A stretch of 64,000 nt of DNA, from NCBI GenBank assembly GCA_001567355.1, contig JYNZ01000003.1, positions 402,263-466,262 on the forward strand. The letters run 5' to 3'. This document shows positions 46,135-55,688 of the stretch, piece by piece. The translations under genes were made by a program, and so were the position numbers. Position 1 is the stretch's first letter, and each line of letters begins with the position of its first letter. The notes below the pieces were generated by a model. That model was not told where the DNA came from and made no database searches. It saw nothing but the letters and a program-made list of their open reading frames with translations. The DNA comes from a candidate division WS6 bacterium OLB20. GTDB taxonomy: Bacteria; Patescibacteriota; Dojkabacteria; B142; OLB20.

Positions 46135-48954
46135 GTGAGTAACAGCATGAGAAAACTCAAAGCACTGGTAACCGGAGTTCTCCTCACCACGCTGGCCTTC
46201 AGTATGCTGCCTGTGCAGTCAGCACGAGCAGACTTTACAGAATGTGCCATCGGCACTGTTTGTGTGTTCAAGGACGTGTTCAATGATGCCCAGGCAGCAT
46301 GGAACAACAACACAACAAATGGCGTACCCGGTGAATACCATGAGTTCAATATCGGTGTCTGGAATACAACAGCAGGCACCATTAATAATGTCACATTCAG
46401 GGACACCCTTCCTGCAGGACTGACCTTTACAACAGGGTCAATCCAGTTTGCCGGATGGAGCGGTTCCTACAATGAGGCCGACCTTTTCAACGGCACAGGA
46501 ATCAATGTGGGATCTCTGACCAGCGGTCAGTCAGTACAGCTGGCAATCAGAGTTTCCATTGATCCGCTTCCTGCCGGTGTTCACAACCTGACAAACTCGG
46601 CAACAGTAAGCTGGACAGGCGGCAGCAAGAGCAATTCTGCACAGATTGTTGTCACATCCACAGGTCTGCCTGCAGAAGAAGGCGACCTGCTGATCAACGA
46701 GATCAACCACAATCCCCAGGCTGACTGGAGTGGCGGCTCAAGCTACGCTCTCAGCAACCGCACAGCAATCGACGCTGATGACGAGTGGATTGAGGTATAT
46801 GTCACAGAGGCAGGCCTTGACCTGACAGACAGCAACTGGACACTAACCATCGCCAACAATGGCGGTGCATCAAGCACTACACAGCTGCTTGCAACAGGCA
46901 CAGGCTATGAATACTTCGGATCAGGATCAGTCAGCAACACAGCCGCAGGTGCATACCTGCTGATCAATAACCCACTGCTTGACCTGAACGATACAGCAAG
47001 CATCGGCATCGACTTTGACAGCAGCGCCATCGACAGCATGAGCTACAGCGGCACACCGTCAGGTCTTCTGGACGAGACTGTCGGCCGCAATGCATCAAGC
47101 ACCGATACTGGCAGCAACAGCGACTTTTCACGCAATCATGCCACACCAGGCATGGTTAACGATGTTCGCAGCGCAACCCGCTATGAGGCAGAGATCTATA
47201 TGGCATCCGGAGCAGGTAACGAGCATGGTGAGGATGAGCGGATTGCGGCAGCAAGCCGCGGACTCGCAGTAAAACTGGATTCCAGCGTGGACCTTGCCGG
47301 TGACACGTTCAGTGTTATCAGCAATGCGCACCAGAGCGCCGGAGCATACCGCGCAGACCTGCGCATCCGCACCAATGATGCCATCCTTAACGACTTTGAC
47401 AGCAAATTTGCTGACTTTGTGGTCGCCTATCCTAACGGCAGCGGCGGATACAAAGAGACAGGATTCGCAATCGTCGGACGCGACTTCAGCAGCAATGGAA
47501 CATTCCAGACACTTTCAATCGAGTTTGTTAAACCTGCGACAAGCGGAAACAACATCTACCAGATGAACTTCTTCCCTGCTGCAGGCGTTAACGTAGTTGT
47601 TGACTACATCGAAGTAACACAGATCAGCCCGAGCAATGCTCTACCCCAGGTTTTCCAGGCAGAAGATATGCACAAGAAGGCAGGCAGCGTGTTTAACGAT
47701 GGCGGAACAACAGTAGTTCTCGGCAATGCGTCCGAGATCAGCGGTATTCCGGTACATGTAGCATACGGACCGTACACCGCTAAATTCCACACCGGTCTTA
47801 ACAGTCAACAGCTTGAGGCATCATTCCGCCTTAAGTTTGCCAACGTAACCGGTACAGGCAACGATGTCATCGCCCGTATCGAAGTGACAAACCCGACCCA
47901 GGGTCTCAACCGTGAGACATTCCTGAGGGCAAGCGATGTAAGCGGCAGCTATGCCGACTACAAACTGCAGTTTCCGACTGCATCGGAAGGATCATTCCAG
48001 TTCCGTGTGATGAACTTCGGCAATGCAGACATCTTTTTTGACAGTGTGACTGTCAACAGTCTGAGCGGTCTGCCTGTATGGGTATACGAGACCGAGAACG
48101 ACTTTGACCTTACAAACAACGGTGTTATCCAGGATAACGCCGCAGCCTCCGGCGGACAGGAAGTTGTAACGACTGTTGCCGCTAACGATCCGGGTCACAT
48201 CCAGATGGGACCGTTTACACTGGACCAGACCGGTACAGGAGAGTTTTACAAGGCGACCTACCGTGTCCGCACAACCGGTACACCGTCATCATCTGATATT
48301 GCAGCGCTGATGATCGTGCGCGAATTTGATACAGCACGCATCATCGCCAACGGATATATCTATGCCAATACTCTCAACAGCGACTATCGCGAGTTTGAGG
48401 TCATCTTCCAGTCATTCAGCTCAGGACGCAATACTTACGAGCTGTACTTCAATGATGTCGTTGATGTTATCTCAGACAGCGTTACTGTCGAGCAGCTGGC
48501 AGCAAATCCTGACCCGCGTGAGATCCAGGCAGAATCACTTTACCGTGAAGGCCTGAACGGTGATATTACTGAAGACGCACTGGCAACCAACGCAATCGGG
48601 CATACAACCGGTCTTGCAGTGATTGCACAGGACGGCGTTGATGACGGTAAAATCATCGTCTACTCCAACAGCCAGGAGATGTTTGCAGCCGGCAACTACG
48701 AAGCTGCATTCAGCCTGCGCAAGACAGGTCCGGGCAGCTCATCTGCTCCGGTCATGTACGTTGAGGTGTTTACACCGTTCAACCAGATCGGCTATGTGGA
48801 GGTAAGCGAAGCGGACCTGAGTACAGGCGGCTACACAGACATTGTTGTACCGTTTAACCTGGGCAGCAGCGAGCGAATCTACTATAAGATCTACTTTGTG
48901 GGCGGTACCGGGAACAACATCCTGGTGGACAAAATCACGCTGGATAAGGTATAA
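46135..48954 (+). CDS. Secreted large surface protein with a DUF11-like N-terminal domain and a lamin-tail domain (LTD), followed by beta-rich repeats.
   Basis: Signal peptide ..LPVQSARA. LTD-like block DLLINEINHNPQADWSGGSSYALSNRTAIDADDEWIEVYVTEAG. 939 aa. Confidence 0.6.
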   Translation: MSNSMRKLKALVTGVLLTTLAFSMLPVQSARADFTECAIGTVCVFKDVFNDAQAAWNNNTTNGVPGEYHEFNIGVWNTTAGTINNVTFRDTLPAGLTFTTGSIQFAGWSGSYNEADLFNGTGINVGSLTSGQSVQLAIRVSIDPLPAGVHNLTNSATVSWTGGSKSNSAQIVVTSTGLPAEEGDLLINEINHNPQADWSGGSSYALSNRTAIDADDEWIEVYVTEAGLDLTDSNWTLTIANNGGASSTTQLLATGTGYEYFGSGSVSNTAAGAYLLINNPLLDLNDTASIGIDFDSSAIDSMSYSGTPSGLLDETVGRNASSTDTGSNSDFSRNHATPGMVNDVRSATRYEAEIYMASGAGNEHGEDERIAAASRGLAVKLDSSVDLAGDTFSVISNAHQSAGAYRADLRIRTNDAILNDFDSKFADFVVAYPNGSGGYKETGFAIVGRDFSSNGTFQTLSIEFVKPATSGNNIYQMNFFPAAGVNVVVDYIEVTQISPSNALPQVFQAEDMHKKAGSVFNDGGTTVVLGNASEISGIPVHVAYGPYTAKFHTGLNSQQLEASFRLKFANVTGTGNDVIARIEVTNPTQGLNRETFLRASDVSGSYADYKLQFPTASEGSFQFRVMNFGNADIFFDSVTVNSLSGLPVWVYETENDFDLTNNGVIQDNAAASGGQEVVTTVAANDPGHIQMGPFTLDQTGTGEFYKATYRVRTTGTPSSSDIAALMIVREFDTARIIANGYIYANTLNSDYREFEVIFQSFSSGRNTYELYFNDVVDVISDSVTVEQLAANPDPREIQAESLYREGLNGDITEDALATNAIGHTTGLAVIAQDGVDDGKIIVYSNSQEMFAAGNYEAAFSLRKTGPGSSSAPVMYVEVFTPFNQIGYVEVSEADLSTGGYTDIVVPFNLGSSERIYYKIYFVGGTGNNILVDKITLDKV

Positions 48955-49000
48955 TAGACCTATAGTCTGAGTTCTCAGACATAATTATAGGACTTGTACC

Positions 49001-52000
49001 TTGTTTAAACGACTGCTTGAAACAATAACAAGGAGGCCATCGATACTCATACTGTTTACGATGGCCTCTTTTGTGTTAATCTTTGCGCTGCAATGGATCA
49101 GTCCGCTACCGCAATACGGCGGCGACTGGCACTACGTCTACCCTGCAGAGCTTGAATCCTCTGTGCGCCTGCCGCAGACCTGGACTACCGGTGAAAACTT
49201 CGGCCAGAGTAACGCTGCACGCGTTACTCTCGATATTCTCAGGGCGGGCCAGGGTATTCTTTACACCGGCACAGGAGCTGATTTTGCTGTCAGTGAGGTA
49301 GTTATCTGGTTTATACCCTTTGTGGTCGGCGGATTTGCCGGGATGTACCTGTTCGCCCGCAAACTGTTTAAATCCGGAACGGCTGCGCTGGTGGCCGGAC
49401 TGTTTTACGTCCTCAACACGTACACGCTTGTTCTTTTTTCCGAGGCGGGACACATCAATACGCTTACAGCATATGCGTTTGTGCCGTTTGTAATGATCCT
49501 GTTTCTGGACATTCTCAGGCGTACCCAGATAACGCCGGTGTTTGGATATGTTCTTGTCTTCACCCTGGTATTCATTTTTGATATCCGCATCGCCTTTGTA
49601 TCACTGATTATCCAGCTGGTTTTTCTGATTTACTGGTTTACACATAACCACACGAGGCGCGAAATCAGGCGGATTGTGCCCCGATTTGTACTTGCTGGTG
49701 CACTTCTTCTGCTCACAAATCTGTTCTGGATCTATGCCCTGTTCGGCATCCGGGGTGAAGTGCTGTTTGACAAGGGGCAAAATGACCCTGCATGGGTCGA
49801 ACGGCTCAGTTTTCAGGAGGTCAGCCACGGTCTGACCGGACAGCACCCGTTCTGGGGATACGACGGTGTCTCATACTTCACCAGCAATGATGTTTCACCG
49901 GTATTCTTCGTGTTTTTTGCACTTATCCTCGCAGGAATGATCCTTGCACGCAACAAGCGATTGCGCAGCAGCATGATCGTTCTGTTCGCAGTCTGGCTTA
50001 CAGGAGTGTTTCTGATCAAGGGCGCAAACGAACCCTTTACCGGTGTCTACGAATGGCTCTTTACGAATGTGCCGGGCTTTGTCATGTTCCGCGAACCGCA
50101 GAAGTTTTACATTCTTGTCATGTTTGCCATGAGCCTGCTGACAGGTATATCCGTTGAGATCATCCTCAGACGACTTGTCCAGGCAAATCCCGCCAGAGCA
50201 GCCCAGCTGAAGCTGCTGTTTGCGCTCCTGTTTGTGATTGTGTTCGTGATCGCTCTACTTCCTGCATATTCGCTGTCCCTCGACGGAGTCGCAAGGGATC
50301 GTGAGCTGCCGGAGTACGCACAGTTTACTGCAGATCTGGTCAGCCGCGACAGTACATTCTACAGGACACTCTGGGTACCTCAGCTCACCGCCGCAGCATA
50401 CTGGGATGCAATGCACCCGCGTGTTGATGCGTCGATCGCGCTGACGGACTACTTTGGTGTTGATGAGAAGGATGCGGAACGCGTATTTGCCTATATGCGC
50501 AGCCGCGAGTTTGACCGCTTTGCCGACAGCTCAGCTGTGAAGTATATAGTCTTTCCGCAGGATGAGGACAGCCTGCGCTGGTTTACATTTGACTTTGAGT
50601 CTCTGATCAGACTGTTTACCTCGCGCGAAGGGTACACACTTGTGAGCAGTCCCGATGACAGCTTTGCAGTATTCCGTAATGACAGCTTTGACAGCCTGGC
50701 TACGGCTGATACCCGCAGTGTACTGACCTCGTATGACCCGCGCATTGAAACAGCTCCACAGGGTACTGTCATCCGTTTTGATGCCAATAACTACGATGTC
50801 GATCCGAAACTCTACGAATCTTCGTTGATCCACTACTCTATCAGCAACTATGATGCGGTTTCCGATGTTCAGACAGGTTCAGTCGTCAGTGATCTGACCC
50901 TGCTCGAAAATGACATGTTTCGCCTGCACGATACAGATGCCAATCGGTATTTCCGTGCAGGATTTGTACGTTCGGGAGAACGGTTTCAGCTGCAGCTTAC
51001 GTCACTGGATGAATCGGTGGTTTTTGGAGATACGACAGTACCGACAGGATCAACAAAGCTGCTGACACAGGAACGTTTCTTTCTGCAGCGGCAGAACAGC
51101 TATGTTGTATTAATCGGAAGCTCGTACATCCTGTTCAGCGGAGACGAGGTGTATGACGGTATCGCAAAAGGACTTGCATACCTGCCTTCACCGCTGGATG
51201 CCGAGATCACCGTATACGAGTCCAACCCAGAGCTTTACCTGCGCGAAGAGTTTGAGCCGGGCAGCACTCCGGACATCGGAGACTGTAACAATTTTGACAA
51301 CAGAACTCTTGAACAGGCCGGTATCAGCTATACGATCTCGGATGATGCTGCGCAGCGGGACGGCTCACTGCTACTGCACGCGGACTCACATTCAGCATGC
51401 TATACCAAGGCAATGTTCCCGAATCCGGATGATGCTGTCGCAGTGCTGACGCTGGCTTACAAAAACCTTGCAGGCAGTGCACCGGAGATCTGCGTCTACA
51501 ACAATACAGCTCAGACATGTGATCTGCGCCGTACACTTGCCGATGCAAAAACAGACGACTGGACATACGCGGCCATACCATTTGAACTTGCAGATGAAGT
51601 AAAGACATACAATCTCTACCTTTACTCGGATGCACTTGAACAGCGCTCTACCAACAAATATGACGATGTGAGCATCCGGGCCTACAGCCCGCTGGTGCGT
51701 TCCGGACTGGCTGTTGAGAGTCAGAGCGAGACATCCGACCGCGAACTATTTCTGCGCGCCCTGAACCCGGGCATCGTATACAACTCGACAGTAATCACAC
51801 CGCACCGCTTTCAGAACGGCTCATTTGAACAACCAAGCAACTACCAGCTGGGCGTCAAAAACTGCAATAACACAGACCAGACAGATCTGACATTCAACCG
51901 CATCATGGCACAGCAGGTTGAGGACGCAACCGACCGCAGGTTTTCGCTGGCACTGAGCGGCGAACGGCATGCTGCCTGTTACAACCTGCAGCTCGGTGAG

Positions 52001-52660
52001 CTCTCCCAGGAGTACGGGTATGTAATCAGTTTTGACTACAAGACCGGTGGGGAGTCGGATGCGCGTATCTGTCTGCTTCGCAGCAGCGACGGTACCTGCA
52101 GTGTTGACACAGTACTTGAACATGCTGGAGAGTGGTCACGTCATACGGAATACTTTAGTCCACAAAATCGCAGCGACTACGAGCTGTTCTTTTACGCGTA
52201 CAAAGAAAACGCGAGTGACCGCGAATACTACGAGGCACATTTTGATAATCTGAAGATTTTCCGGATTCCGCGCAACTACGCGGGCCGCTTTGCTATTACC
52301 AGTGCCGCTGCAGCTGATGCAAAAGCCCCGGAGGTATCTGTAACGTCCGTGTCACCGACAAGAATTACACTTTTAGCAACCAAAGCAGAGCAACCCTACC
52401 TTCTGCGTCTGAGTATGCAATACTCTCCAAACTGGAAACTGAACGGGGCTGAGGTTATCTCGCAGACAACCGGCACAGGGACAGATACCATCTGGTACCT
52501 GTCACCGCATGATTCGACTGAGATTGAACTTGTCTATGCCCCGCAGCGCTCGTTTGAGCCGGTAATTGTGGTATCGGCTGTAAGTGCCTTTGCCACCCTT
52601 ATGCTGTGGCCGGCATTCAGACTTTATTATGCAATTAAACGCAATGGCACCGGTAACTGA
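49001..52660 (+). CDS. Giant (1219 aa) membrane protein: N-terminal GT-C-like polytopic domain paralogous to 42065..43834, about 750-aa extracytoplasmic domain, C-terminal TM.
   Basis: ~12 TM helices in the first 450 aa with blocks VTLDIL, LFYVLNTYTLVLFSEAGHINTLTAYAFVPFVMILF. Long soluble domain. Final TM VIVVSAVSAFATLMLWPAF. The architecture recalls YfhO-type GT-C enzymes. Confidence 0.6.
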   Translation: MFKRLLETITRRPSILILFTMASFVLIFALQWISPLPQYGGDWHYVYPAELESSVRLPQTWTTGENFGQSNAARVTLDILRAGQGILYTGTGADFAVSEVVIWFIPFVVGGFAGMYLFARKLFKSGTAALVAGLFYVLNTYTLVLFSEAGHINTLTAYAFVPFVMILFLDILRRTQITPVFGYVLVFTLVFIFDIRIAFVSLIIQLVFLIYWFTHNHTRREIRRIVPRFVLAGALLLLTNLFWIYALFGIRGEVLFDKGQNDPAWVERLSFQEVSHGLTGQHPFWGYDGVSYFTSNDVSPVFFVFFALILAGMILARNKRLRSSMIVLFAVWLTGVFLIKGANEPFTGVYEWLFTNVPGFVMFREPQKFYILVMFAMSLLTGISVEIILRRLVQANPARAAQLKLLFALLFVIVFVIALLPAYSLSLDGVARDRELPEYAQFTADLVSRDSTFYRTLWVPQLTAAAYWDAMHPRVDASIALTDYFGVDEKDAERVFAYMRSREFDRFADSSAVKYIVFPQDEDSLRWFTFDFESLIRLFTSREGYTLVSSPDDSFAVFRNDSFDSLATADTRSVLTSYDPRIETAPQGTVIRFDANNYDVDPKLYESSLIHYSISNYDAVSDVQTGSVVSDLTLLENDMFRLHDTDANRYFRAGFVRSGERFQLQLTSLDESVVFGDTTVPTGSTKLLTQERFFLQRQNSYVVLIGSSYILFSGDEVYDGIAKGLAYLPSPLDAEITVYESNPELYLREEFEPGSTPDIGDCNNFDNRTLEQAGISYTISDDAAQRDGSLLLHADSHSACYTKAMFPNPDDAVAVLTLAYKNLAGSAPEICVYNNTAQTCDLRRTLADAKTDDWTYAAIPFELADEVKTYNLYLYSDALEQRSTNKYDDVSIRAYSPLVRSGLAVESQSETSDRELFLRALNPGIVYNSTVITPHRFQNGSFEQPSNYQLGVKNCNNTDQTDLTFNRIMAQQVEDATDRRFSLALSGERHAACYNLQLGELSQEYGYVISFDYKTGGESDARICLLRSSDGTCSVDTVLEHAGEWSRHTEYFSPQNRSDYELFFYAYKENASDREYYEAHFDNLKIFRIPRNYAGRFAITSAAAADAKAPEVSVTSVSPTRITLLATKAEQPYLLRLSMQYSPNWKLNGAEVISQTTGTGTDTIWYLSPHDSTEIELVYAPQRSFEPVIVVSAVSAFATLMLWPAFRLYYAIKRNGTGN

Positions 52661-52997
52661 GCGGATAAAATCAGGAGTACGTACTGTACTGTCTAACAGC
52701 CAGTACACAGCGCTTGTTATTTACACGGTCGCCCTCTTTCTGCTGGGTGGCTTCAGTCTGCCGGTAAAGATCATTCTGGCTCTGGGGGCCGCATCGCTCA
52801 TCTATGCGATTCCTGTTACAGCCATTCTTGTCTTTACCCTGCTGTACACTGCACTGCTTCTGATCACAGGCCGCTTCTCACAGACAGAACAGATAACCGA
52901 GCTGTATTTTGCAGTTTGCGTGTATGTTGTGGTTGAGATGGCACATATTGCTGTGCGCTACTTTGTAAAGCGCACACAGAAGCTACTTGAGCCCTGA
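52629..52997 (+). CDS. GtrA-like small 4-TM membrane protein (possible polyprenyl-phosphate-sugar translocase partner). The ORF is open from 52584.
   Basis: ~120 aa, 4 hydrophobic helices. It overlaps the 3' end of the GT-C gene, suggesting translational coupling. Size and topology match the GtrA family. No motif-level confirmation. Confidence 0.35.
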   Translation: MQLNAMAPVTERIKSGVRTVLSNSQYTALVIYTVALFLLGGFSLPVKIILALGAASLIYAIPVTAILVFTLLYTALLLITGRFSQTEQITELYFAVCVYVVVEMAHIAVRYFVKRTQKLLEP

Positions 52998-53792
52998 TCT
53001 GGTTCGTGCAGCAGTGTAAACGACCATCTCCAGCAGCTTCATGGTAAAGAGTCCCCATGTCAGATGCGGACGTGTTATCAGCCGGAATGGTTTACGCATG
53101 AAGACAAAAAGACGTCTTAGCGGGTTAAACTGAACTGCGGCATCATCCGCACTCTGCCGGTAGGTACCGATGTTGCGGCTGTAATAGTACTTCTTTTTGA
53201 GATGTTTCCAGAGCGTAAGACCTGTTTCGTCATGCCTGATCCGGGCTGCAATCCTGCCGGTCCTGCCAGATGCCGCTGCACGCTTTGCCAGATCCCAGTC
53301 CTCACCACTGATCATATCTTCATTGTACCCTCCCGTCTTTTCAAAGACCTGCCTTGGAAAAGCTCTGGCAGCCTCGATCCAGGATACGCCTTCATAAAAG
53401 CCCCGTTCAAACCTGCGCACCGCCGGCCAGAATCCCCTGCCGACAGTCTCTTCAGGGATAACCACAGCCGCAAGCCCGGGATCTTCAGAAAAGGCTTCTG
53501 CAACCTGTGTGACGACATCTCGGTCGAGAACCATATCACTGTCAATAAAGATGAGTATGTCGCCTGCAGCCCGTCTGGCGGCCTGATTACGCTGTGCCGA
53601 TCGTTCCGGACCGGCAATAAATGCTGTCCCATACTGCCGCGCGATATCACGGGTTGCATCAGACGAGTTGTTATCTGCAACAATCAGTTCGACGGGGTTC
53701 CACGTCTGTGCCTGAATACTGCGCAGGCAGGCTTCAAGCGTTGCTGCGCTGTTGTAAGTCGGAACAATAACTGTGATTTTAGGCTTTGCCAT
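52983..53792 (-). CDS. Family 2 glycosyltransferase. Start taken at MAKPKITVIV; the ORF is open to 53975.
   Basis: ITVIVPTYNSAATLEACLRSI, DNNSSDAT, FIDSDMVL (DxD), GGYNEDMISGEDWDLAKR. Confidence 0.8.
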   Translation of the reverse strand: MAKPKITVIVPTYNSAATLEACLRSIQAQTWNPVELIVADNNSSDATRDIARQYGTAFIAGPERSAQRNQAARRAAGDILIFIDSDMVLDRDVVTQVAEAFSEDPGLAAVVIPEETVGRGFWPAVRRFERGFYEGVSWIEAARAFPRQVFEKTGGYNEDMISGEDWDLAKRAAASGRTGRIAARIRHDETGLTLWKHLKKKYYYSRNIGTYRQSADDAAVQFNPLRRLFVFMRKPFRLITRPHLTWGLFTMKLLEMVVYTAARTRSGLK

Positions 53793-54879
53793 CAGAAAGA
53801 ACTGCGTCTTTAAAAGCATGATAGCTTTTTTCCCAGGTGAGCGCATTTGCAGCTTTGCGTGCACTGGCGGACAGTTCCTGTCTGAAGTCATCTTCACTGA
53901 AGAGTTTGCGTGCAGCCTGCGCGAGTTTGTCAGGGCTTTCGGCAATCGTGTGCAGTCCGGTTTCCATATGTTCAACGGCTTCGGTATTACCCGGTGTCGG
54001 ATAAACTATGGCCGGGGTACCAAGTGCTGCAGCCTCTGCGACTGCCAGACCCCACCCTTCCTTTACCGATGTGCCAAAGGTCACCCAGGCTGAAGCGACT
54101 ATCCTGTCACGCTCATCCTGCGGGACAAACCCTGTAAATTCGACCCTGTCGTCCAGCTTCAGCTGGCTGACGATTTTTTTCAGTTTACGGGCATACGCAC
54201 TGCTGTCATTACCGAGAATGTACATTTTCAGGTAGGGATACTCTTTTTTAAGCAGCGAGACCGCCACCAGCTGATGCTCGACCCGCTTAAGCGGTCGCAG
54301 ACCGCCAAAGTAGACAATAGACGGACGCTCTGTTTTATCTGCCTCTACCATACTCACCGATACACCTTCGGGAATCACAGTTATCATATCTGACGGGATC
54401 CCGCATGACACAAGCTCATCCCGCCCGGCTTTACTGACTGTCAGGACAGGTTGTGTGCGGTAGAACAGACGCAAAAGGAGCCGCTCAACGACTCTGCCGA
54501 TCAGAGCAACCGGTAACGGTGTCATGTAACTCCAGATCACGCCTGCGACTTCATGTATCAGAAGAACCCGCTTTTCAGCGGGGACATAGAGAGGTGTCAT
54601 AAATGGCAGCGCATGCATCTCATCAATCACGAGGTCATAGCCGTCTTCTTTCCGGAAGTGTCGCCAGGCATGCATAATTACGCTCAGCCGGTTGCCGCGC
54701 CTCATTATCCTGACACCATCAACAGTCTCTTCTGATACGCTGTCCCGAAACGATGATGCAAACCATGTCACGCTGTGACCGTCGGCGACGAACCGTTTCA
54801 TATTTTCCAGCGAAAAGCGTTCTGCCCCGCCTGCTCTGGGATGGGCAGGGTCATATCTGTTCAGGAGGAGTATGTTCAT
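53779..54879 (-). CDS. Family 4 (GT-B) glycosyltransferase.
   Basis: MNILLLNRYDPAHPRAGGAERF N-terminus. C-terminal EGWGLAVAEAAALGTPAIVYPTPGNTE (EX7E region). Confidence 0.8.
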   Translation of the reverse strand: MNILLLNRYDPAHPRAGGAERFSLENMKRFVADGHSVTWFASSFRDSVSEETVDGVRIMRRGNRLSVIMHAWRHFRKEDGYDLVIDEMHALPFMTPLYVPAEKRVLLIHEVAGVIWSYMTPLPVALIGRVVERLLLRLFYRTQPVLTVSKAGRDELVSCGIPSDMITVIPEGVSVSMVEADKTERPSIVYFGGLRPLKRVEHQLVAVSLLKKEYPYLKMYILGNDSSAYARKLKKIVSQLKLDDRVEFTGFVPQDERDRIVASAWVTFGTSVKEGWGLAVAEAAALGTPAIVYPTPGNTEAVEHMETGLHTIAESPDKLAQAARKLFSEDDFRQELSASARKAANALTWEKSYHAFKDAVLSDGKA

Positions 54880-55688
54880 CAGTCCAGAAGACGCAGGGTT
54901 GAAAGTTCCTGCTTAAGCTGTAAAAAGTAACCTGCATCAGCGCCCCGGTAGTAGCGCAGCAGTCGTAACCGGTAGAAAACGGCTGCGGTATCCCAGAACG
55001 ACCTGATCCCTTCAAGTAGTGTCACGGTGCTTCCCTCGATATCTTCCTTAAGTGTAACAGGTACCTCTTCAAATCGTTTAAACCCGAGACTCCACGCGAC
55101 TGACAGAAACTCGACTTCAAATGCAAAGCGCTTTACCAGCAGTCGCGGGATCACCGCATGGACAAGTTCGCGCCTGTAGAGTTTGACGCCGACCTGTGTA
55201 TCACGGACGGGAATACCAAGAAGGATGCGCGAGAATGCGTTGTAGAGCTTGCTGAACAGACGCCTGCGTCCCGAATAGTGCAACAGTGTGTCCGGATGCC
55301 ATTTGGACGGGATAACAGCATCTGCGTGCGTTTTCTGCATGGTTGTAATCAGACGGGTGAGATTACCGGGCAGAATATCCGCACCCGCGTCAACATATCC
55401 GATGTATGCTCCACGTGCGCGGGCCATTCCAAATTTGACCGCAAAACCCTTTCCGCGGTTTTTCTCGTAGTGGTAATAACGGACATTGGGATGTGCAAGC
55501 TTTTTGAGGGCCTCGGCTGTCTCAACTGAGCGTCCGTCAATCACAACAATGATCTCATATGGTACATGCAGGCTTTCCAGCTCCACAAGACGGGATTTAA
55601 CCGTTTCTAGGATAAACCGGCCCGCCCGGTAGGCAGGGATTACAATTGAGACCAGAATTTTATCGGACTGGTTTGTGGTGCGGTTCAT
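54879..55688 (-). CDS. GT2 polyprenyl-phosphate sugar synthase-like (DPM1/GtrB/CsbB-like). The ORF is open to 55739.
   Basis: ILVSIVIPAYRAG, IIVVIDGRSVET (DxD-like), NRGKGFAVKFG, YVDAGAD. Size is ~270 aa. Confidence 0.75.
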   Translation of the reverse strand: MNRTTNQSDKILVSIVIPAYRAGRFILETVKSRLVELESLHVPYEIIVVIDGRSVETAEALKKLAHPNVRYYHYEKNRGKGFAVKFGMARARGAYIGYVDAGADILPGNLTRLITTMQKTHADAVIPSKWHPDTLLHYSGRRRLFSKLYNAFSRILLGIPVRDTQVGVKLYRRELVHAVIPRLLVKRFAFEVEFLSVAWSLGFKRFEEVPVTLKEDIEGSTVTLLEGIRSFWDTAAVFYRLRLLRYYRGADAGYFLQLKQELSTLRLLD